Both the position numbers and the translations under genes were made by a program. The notes under the pieces were generated by a model that ran no database searches, was not told the DNA's origin, and worked only from the letters and a program-made list of their open reading frames with translations. Shown piece after piece: positions 57,710 to 64,000 of a DNA stretch of 64,000 nucleotides. The number at the start of each line of letters is the position of its first letter. The first letter of the stretch is position 1. Origin of the DNA: the human T2T-CHM13v2.0 reference genome, Homo sapiens; the NCBI RefSeq assembly GCF_009914755.1, contig NC_060927.1. One strand, 5' to 3'.

Positions 57710-57985
57710 GACATTTACTGGATACTTACTATGTTTGAGAATTATGTTAAATATACTATATGTGTATTATTCCATTATTCGAATTCTAAGTTAACACATG
57801 TAACCCTCCTCAGAGCACAATTCTATAATGTAGATACTACTATTCTCTAACAGATGAGGAAACTGAGCATTGTACATATTTGTAACTTGTCCAAGGTTGT
57901 GTAACTATTAAGTGTTGGTGTTCAGATTTGAACCCTGGTCTTGCAGATTACAGAGAAAGATCTCTTAACCACTTTGCAAAACTGC
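57710..57985 (-). mobile_element. MIR SINE
   Basis: ACAGATGAGGAAACTGAG...AACTTGTCCAAGGT...GATTTGAACCC. Confidence 0.75.
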
Positions 57986-59102
57986 CCTTAAAAAAAAAAG
58001 ACAAATTTGACTGGTCTTCCAAGTTTCTAGTTACATCTCAACCAAGAGAACACAAGCAAAATTTTTTGTTTGTCCAGAAGTTCCTGTTAAAATGAAATGA
58101 TTAACACTTATGAGTTTAAGCAAATAATGCGGCAATGTTTATATGTTATTGCTAAAAAACTTGTCCATATGTTTCTCTTTCACTGACATACAGTAACACT
58201 AAATTTAAGAGCATGCTGAAGTCCCCACAGAAAAGAAATTAAACCTCTAGATGAATCTAAACTCTAACACATGCCTGCAAGTCCATTTCACTAAGAAGCT
58301 ATTCCTGGTGCATTTGTCAGTCTAAAACCTTAAAGGCCGCATCAATTGCTTCTGGGGCTCTGAGTTAATCCCTTTGCCTGCTCTGAATTACGACTACCAT
58401 TAATAGACTTAATGTGGTAGTAGCATGGGCAGTCAAAATCCTGCCTAATTAAAAAAACACAAAATTAAGTCATAGGAGGAACTGTGGTGGGGGAAGAAAG
58501 TCCCTTAAGTATTACTGATTAATTAATTAGCCAATGTTTATAAAGAGCCTTAACAATTAGTCTCACTATATATATTTTAAGGATTGTTTATTGATAGCTG
58601 GACAGTATAGAATGGACTGCTTGTCTTTTGGATAGTGGAGGAGAGTAATGGATGGAATGGGAAATAGGCACTGAATGACGAAAGCCTGGTGATAAAAGTA
58701 CAGTATTACCTGATTATCCATCCATCTTTCTATATTTAAGACACTTCAAATTCTCAATCTGTCAAGAAAAATAATCAAATCCATCTGTTTTCAATTTATC
58801 CAGAGAGAAATAATCCAGGCAGGGGATGACCCAGGTCTTCTATCCTCTTTAATAAACTTAATTGGCTTCTACACTTTTCACCACTCTGTCGCAAGTTATG
58901 AGAATGTAGATGGGACAGTGGCAGTGACATGAAATTCCACATCTTTTCTTTCTTTAAATCCAATCCCTTTGCCTTTTTACCTGACACACAATTTTTGTTT
59001 GTCTTCTGTGTGTGGTAGTTTTTTTTTTTCTTTTGCTTTGCATGCTTTTAGAAGTCAGCTTGGAAGCCAAAGTAAATTGTGGTTATTGCTTCAGCCAATC
59101 TT

Positions 59103-59117
59103 TCTCTCTCTCTCTTC

Positions 59118-59159
<42 letters not shown>

Positions 59160-59177
59160 TACACACACACACACACA
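59103..59177. repeat. Compound (TC)n(CA)n microsatellite
   Basis: Direct observation. Confidence 0.95.
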
Positions 59178-59849
59178 ATTATAAAGCAAACCAAACTGAT
59201 AAGTACAACAACAGCAGCACACACACAGGACAACTGTATGAGTAGGGGCAGTATGGAAAAGCAGGGAACTAAGGATTACTAAGCACCTAGAATATGCCAG
59301 ACTGTGGTAGACATTTAACATAAGCAATTTAAATTAATCTTTGGGAAAACTGTTGGAGAAGGGTACTATGTTATAGCCACTCTGAGGCTCAGAGAGGTTA
59401 ACTGACTTGCTTGGAGGCCCATGTCTAGTAAGTGGCCATATCAGAACAAGAGCCCAAGTCTTTGGTGCCAGTGCCCATCATCTTCTTACTCTAGGACAAG
59501 CTACCCAAAGACAGGTTTCCTTCTCTTAAGGCCTGAGGAGGCTTCAGGAAGAAGGTGAAAATTGCCCGAGTCCTTGAAGTGTGGGTTGGACTTAAACAGG
59601 CAAAGAAAGTGTGTGTTTGTTTCAAGATAAATAGTGTGTTCGAGAGATGAAGCCTGTAAAGAGGGTATGAAATAGAGCTAAAAAGGTCAATAGGCTCAGA
59701 TCCTGAAAGGCATCGAATGAGTGTTTTTGATGTCTAGAGTGACGTGTTTTATATGACCTCAGGAAAGATAAAGCTTATACACTGAGGCAGTGTTGAAAAA
59801 GAATTGCAGGCAGGAGAAGAATTGCTGCCTAGAGATTTGATATGGGGAG

Positions 59850-60189
59850 TGTTATGGGCTGAATGGTGTCCAAAAATTCATGTGGGTGGTCCTTAAACCA
59901 ATATGATGGGTAACCTTACAGGAAAGAGAAATTTGGACACTGACATGCATCTGTGGAATAACAGAAGGAAGACTATGTGAAGGCACAGGGAGAAGACAGC
60001 CATCTACAAACCCAGAAGAGAGGCCTAGAACAGATCCCTTCCTTCCCCCACAGCCCTCAGGAGTAACCAACCCTACCAACAACTTGATCTTGGACTTCTA
60101 ACCTCCAGAACTGTGAGAAAATAAATTTTTGTTGTTAAATATACCCAGTCTGAGACATTTTATTATGGTAGCCTGAGCAGACTAATACA
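59850..60189 (+). mobile_element. MaLR solo LTR (MLT1A/B-like, internal deletion)
   Basis: TGTTATGGGCTGAAT...CCTCCAGAACTGTGAGAAAATAAA...GACTAATACA. Confidence 0.85.
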
Positions 60190-61559
60190 AAGGCAGATGC
60201 CTGACTCTTCCTAGGTCTTAATAAAGCAAAACAGTACCTTCCCACTTGAGCTCAACACAACAGTGCCTTGTTGCTATATCCTAGTTACCTACCCTCACCA
60301 TTCAGACTTGATACTTTAAAACTCTTTCCTATAGCCCTCATATCAAAACCCACATTATACCAAAAATGAAATGAATCAAGGCACCTCACTAGGTCTCTTC
60401 AATCTTTTATATATAACTAATCACTTTTCCCCACTTCCTCCCTCCTTTCATATCAACCCCAACTGTACTCCTTGAACCCCTTCATGCCAAATTTAGGGTG
60501 ATATGTTTAAGACAGTTAACTCCAAGGAGAATATACAAAGATGATTCAAACATAGCCCATGAGTTCATAAGCAACAGTGAAAACATTTATTTTGCACATC
60601 TAGAGTCACTGGGATTCATTTCTCTCATTAATATCACTGACAAGAATGTTCCCATTATAAATGTTGGCCTACAGAACTATACAATTAAAATATATAGAAC
60701 TATCACTTTAGTTCTTTTCAAAAGTACAGAGATCAGGGAATATATCACGACTACAAATCGGGGTCATATTTATACACTTCAACAATTAAGTTTATTTTTT
60801 ATTAATTCATGTCATTAAGTTCAGCTTGTTTTGTTTTTACACTGCTCTATTTAAAATGAAATGGTTTTATTGTCTGTCTTCCTCCCCTATAATGGAAGCT
60901 GCATAAATGTAGTGGCCTTATCATTGTTGTTCACTATGGTATTCCTAGCTCCTAAAATAATTATATTAGGAGATAGTAATAATAATAGTAGATAATCTAT
61001 AAATATCTGTTGAATGAATAAAAAGATTCTCTATTTCTTTGAATAATGGAAAGTTGATGATACTGCTTCAAAGAAACAGATTAATTGGCTGGAATTTTGG
61101 CTTACATTTGGGGATGTATTTATTAATAAAGTGCTTTTAAGCACACTCATTTGTCTAGATTAGAACGAAGTTAATCATTGGAGGTAGGAGTCAATGCCAG
61201 GGTCTTAGACATCAGAATCAAAATATGCAAAAATACTAAGTGCAAGCCTCAAAAAAGACCAATTTTGACTCATTAGAAGAACAACATATTTTACTAATGC
61301 ATATCTAAATTAAAATGTAATAGCCTCTTCTCCTTGGAAGCCAGGTTGGGTGAAGAGAGTGAGTATTCACACATTAATATTTTTGCCCCCTTTACACTAC
61401 AGCTGGGATTTAAAACAAATAGTTTTCATTGAATCATGGAGTTGATACAAATTTAACATATGTTTCTCAAGAAAACAATGGGAACAGTCAAAATACAGAA
61501 ATGTCTTAGAACATTCACAAGGCAGGGAAATCATATATGTATCAGCAGAGATGGCAGGT

Positions 61560-62165
61560 GGGGTACTGGAGCCTGCTTAGTACCTCCTGGAAGGGATACT
61601 GCTTAGCCCACAGCCCCAGCTGCTGAAACAGCCATATTTTGAATCACACTCACCAACCTGTCATAGTGAAGTGGGCTAAGAGTGAGAACAAGAGCCAAAG
61701 GAATCCTCAATTTAGTTTGGCACGAGAAAGACATGAAAAAATGCGTTTCCCTCTTTTGAGAACGTAATCTGGAAAACACTAAGAGAATGAGGCAGATTGT
61801 ACAGTAAGACCAAGGCTGAGAAATTTAGACTGAGACACCATGAGAGAGCAGGTATGAGCTGAACATATCTTATCAGAAAGCAAAAACTCTGAGATGGAGA
61901 AAAGATAATTGCAGGCTATTAACCAAGATTGGCCTCTCTTGAGACTTTAGCTTACGGTGGTCTATGTATTTTGACTTTCTAAGACTTCGGCATTTACTCA
62001 GCTCTAGTAAGCACAAGCTAGGTTCTTAGTAGAGGACGCTGAGATCTCTGGGGTCCTGATATTGTTCAGCTCCAGACTTTACCTCAGTCTATGCTCACAG
62101 TAAACTCCATTATCCTTTGAGGAGCACGGATGAGTCTCTTTTAGCAATCAATGAAACCAAAGGAG
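61560..62165 (+). mobile_element. Very old LTR-like element (LTR78/79-like)
   Basis: Weak resemblance only; AGTAAA signal and LTR-like 3' end. Confidence 0.3.
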
Positions 62166-64000
62166 AACAGAGTGTGGGGTCTAAGTGGCTTCCTTCTCTC
62201 AAATACTCAGCTATTTGAATAACTATGTCTCTGTGACAAAACAAAACTTATTTTTGAGCAGGATTTGTCAAAGTATTTGCTATTCTTTAGCCCTGCCTTG
62301 GATAAGAACCCCAGTTTGTGTCTTCAAGTGTCATATCACTTTTCTGTTTTCCTATTCATGGCATAATTTTACTCATGCTCTTGATCAGTAGGTTGTTTAT
62401 TTCTTTCATGTCTTAGGCAGACAGGATACACACCCAGACACAAAAAGCCCTAACCTAATATAAGGATTTATAGCCAGATGAAGAATGCTACAGGGATGCC
62501 AAAATAAATAATACCCAGAGAACTCACTTGACTGTTTTGGAAATGCAATGCTTTATTTATTCTCAATGGTTTCTTTGTTTGGGCAGATAAGGTATTTTCT
62601 ATCTTTTCCCCAGTCTCCTTAGTAAACAGCCCTATGAGTGCAATATGTGGGTTGGGGATGGAATAAATACATGAGAGAAATAGAAAGAGTAAAAATTTTC
62701 ACTGTTCTTATTTCTGCCCTTAATTGTTGTCTGTCACTGCTGAATGGCTTGTGGATTATGCTATGGATATTTATCCCATGGCAAAAATAAAGGAAATAGG
62801 ATGGATTCTTTTAAATGGGAGGACTCATGGCCTTTTCCTATTAATTCAGCTACAGCATCCATCATTGCATTCTAAGTATAAAAGACAGGAAGTGGGAAGA
62901 GAGGACTGCCATTTCATAGAAAATATTAATCCTATTGTTTATATAGGTTTTATTATTGTTTATAAAGTTGACAATTTAAAATAAAAAATATTTATATGTG
63001 CAATTCCTAGAGAAAGAAAACCAGACCACTTAAATTACATTCCTACTTGAGAGAGGAAATCTAAATGAGAATTTGGACTCTTTCTACAGTTAGATCATTG
63101 ATTTTCTGTGCTTGGAGGCATAAATTACAGCAGCTTACAATTATTATTCCGGCTTTGAAAAACCTTAGACAGGACTTCATGAAAAGTGCCACAATCACAT
63201 TTGTCACATACCTTGTTCTGACCGGACCAACCCTAGTTCTATGCATGCCCGGACTTTGGATTTAATCAATGCCTAGCACTCAATGCTGTCCTGCCCCCAG
63301 AGCACACACCGTATTTCTATAGGTTGCAATGTATATTTTGTTGTTTGTGTCAGGTATTTTTGAGTAAACAGAAGAAAGAAAATATTTTTGATTTTGTCTT
63401 GTTTTGTTTGGATTACGCTTTTGAAGGCATAAATGGTGATAAGAACAATATTGTAAACTGGTTGTTTGTCATTTCCTTGCCCTCCTAATGGACAGGTTTT
63501 GAGTCAGAAGCTCCAGCAGGCAAGTTCATGGAAGCCTTTGTGAGACTTGAAGCACCTTCGCGATCCAGGTGATTAAGGCCACTGGAGTGGGAAGATGGCC
63601 ATTTCCCCTATTTCCATGTGAGTGCCCAGAGGTAGCCCCCACAGGCACTGTGCAGTGGCAGGACAGTAGCCTCCACCCGCTGAGCCAGGCAGAGTGGCCA
63701 GAACCCCTGTGTGTTCAGCTCACCTGTCCTAGTAGCTTCCCCAAATTCCTCTAGCCAGCTAGCTTGCCTGGAGTGGAAGAACATTAGTGGATTTACTAAG
63801 TATGTCAGACAATCCTAAGGCCCTCCCTCAATATGGTTCATGGTGATAGGGCCCAGAGGGAAGTTGCATGAGAAGCTGAGGTCCTCCAGTCAAATGAGCA
63901 GGAACTTAGATAGGGTGATATTTAGGGTAGATGTAGAAGATGTTGATGTGGCCACAGTTGTACTTAAAAGGTTGCTGATGCCTTTCAGTTACTTATGCCT

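Noticed and set aside
58969-59327. ORFs with SLSL/HTHT runs
   Set aside because: Translations of the (TC)n(CA)n microsatellite.

Overview
Primate (human/ape-like) AT-rich non-coding genomic DNA, intergenic or deep-intronic. I could not recognise any host protein-coding exon, RNA gene or CpG island. The largest feature is a full-length (~6.1 kb), coding-dead L1PA4/5-type LINE-1 (4287-10414, + strand, 10-bp TSD) inserted into an older mammalian L1. The rest is four Alus, many solo LTRs (MaLR MLT1/MST, ERV1 MER41/MER34/MER39/MER83-like, ERVL), DNA-transposon fossils, L2/L3/MIR fragments and microsatellites. Repeat subfamily names come from my recall of consensus sequences and need RepeatMasker/Dfam confirmation. 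Most notable observations: (1) the L1 antisense ORF0 frame is open for 201 codons and runs out of the element into flanking DNA; (2) a MER41-type LTR carries three GAS (STAT) motifs within 75 bp; (3) a ~397-bp, ~96%-identical dispersed local duplication lacks retrotransposition hallmarks; (4) there are several template-switch-like micro-scars, one next to a 49-bp perfect purine-pyrimidine tract; (5) there is a compact RUNX/ETS/double E-box cluster. I do not see convincing evidence for a wholly new biological system.
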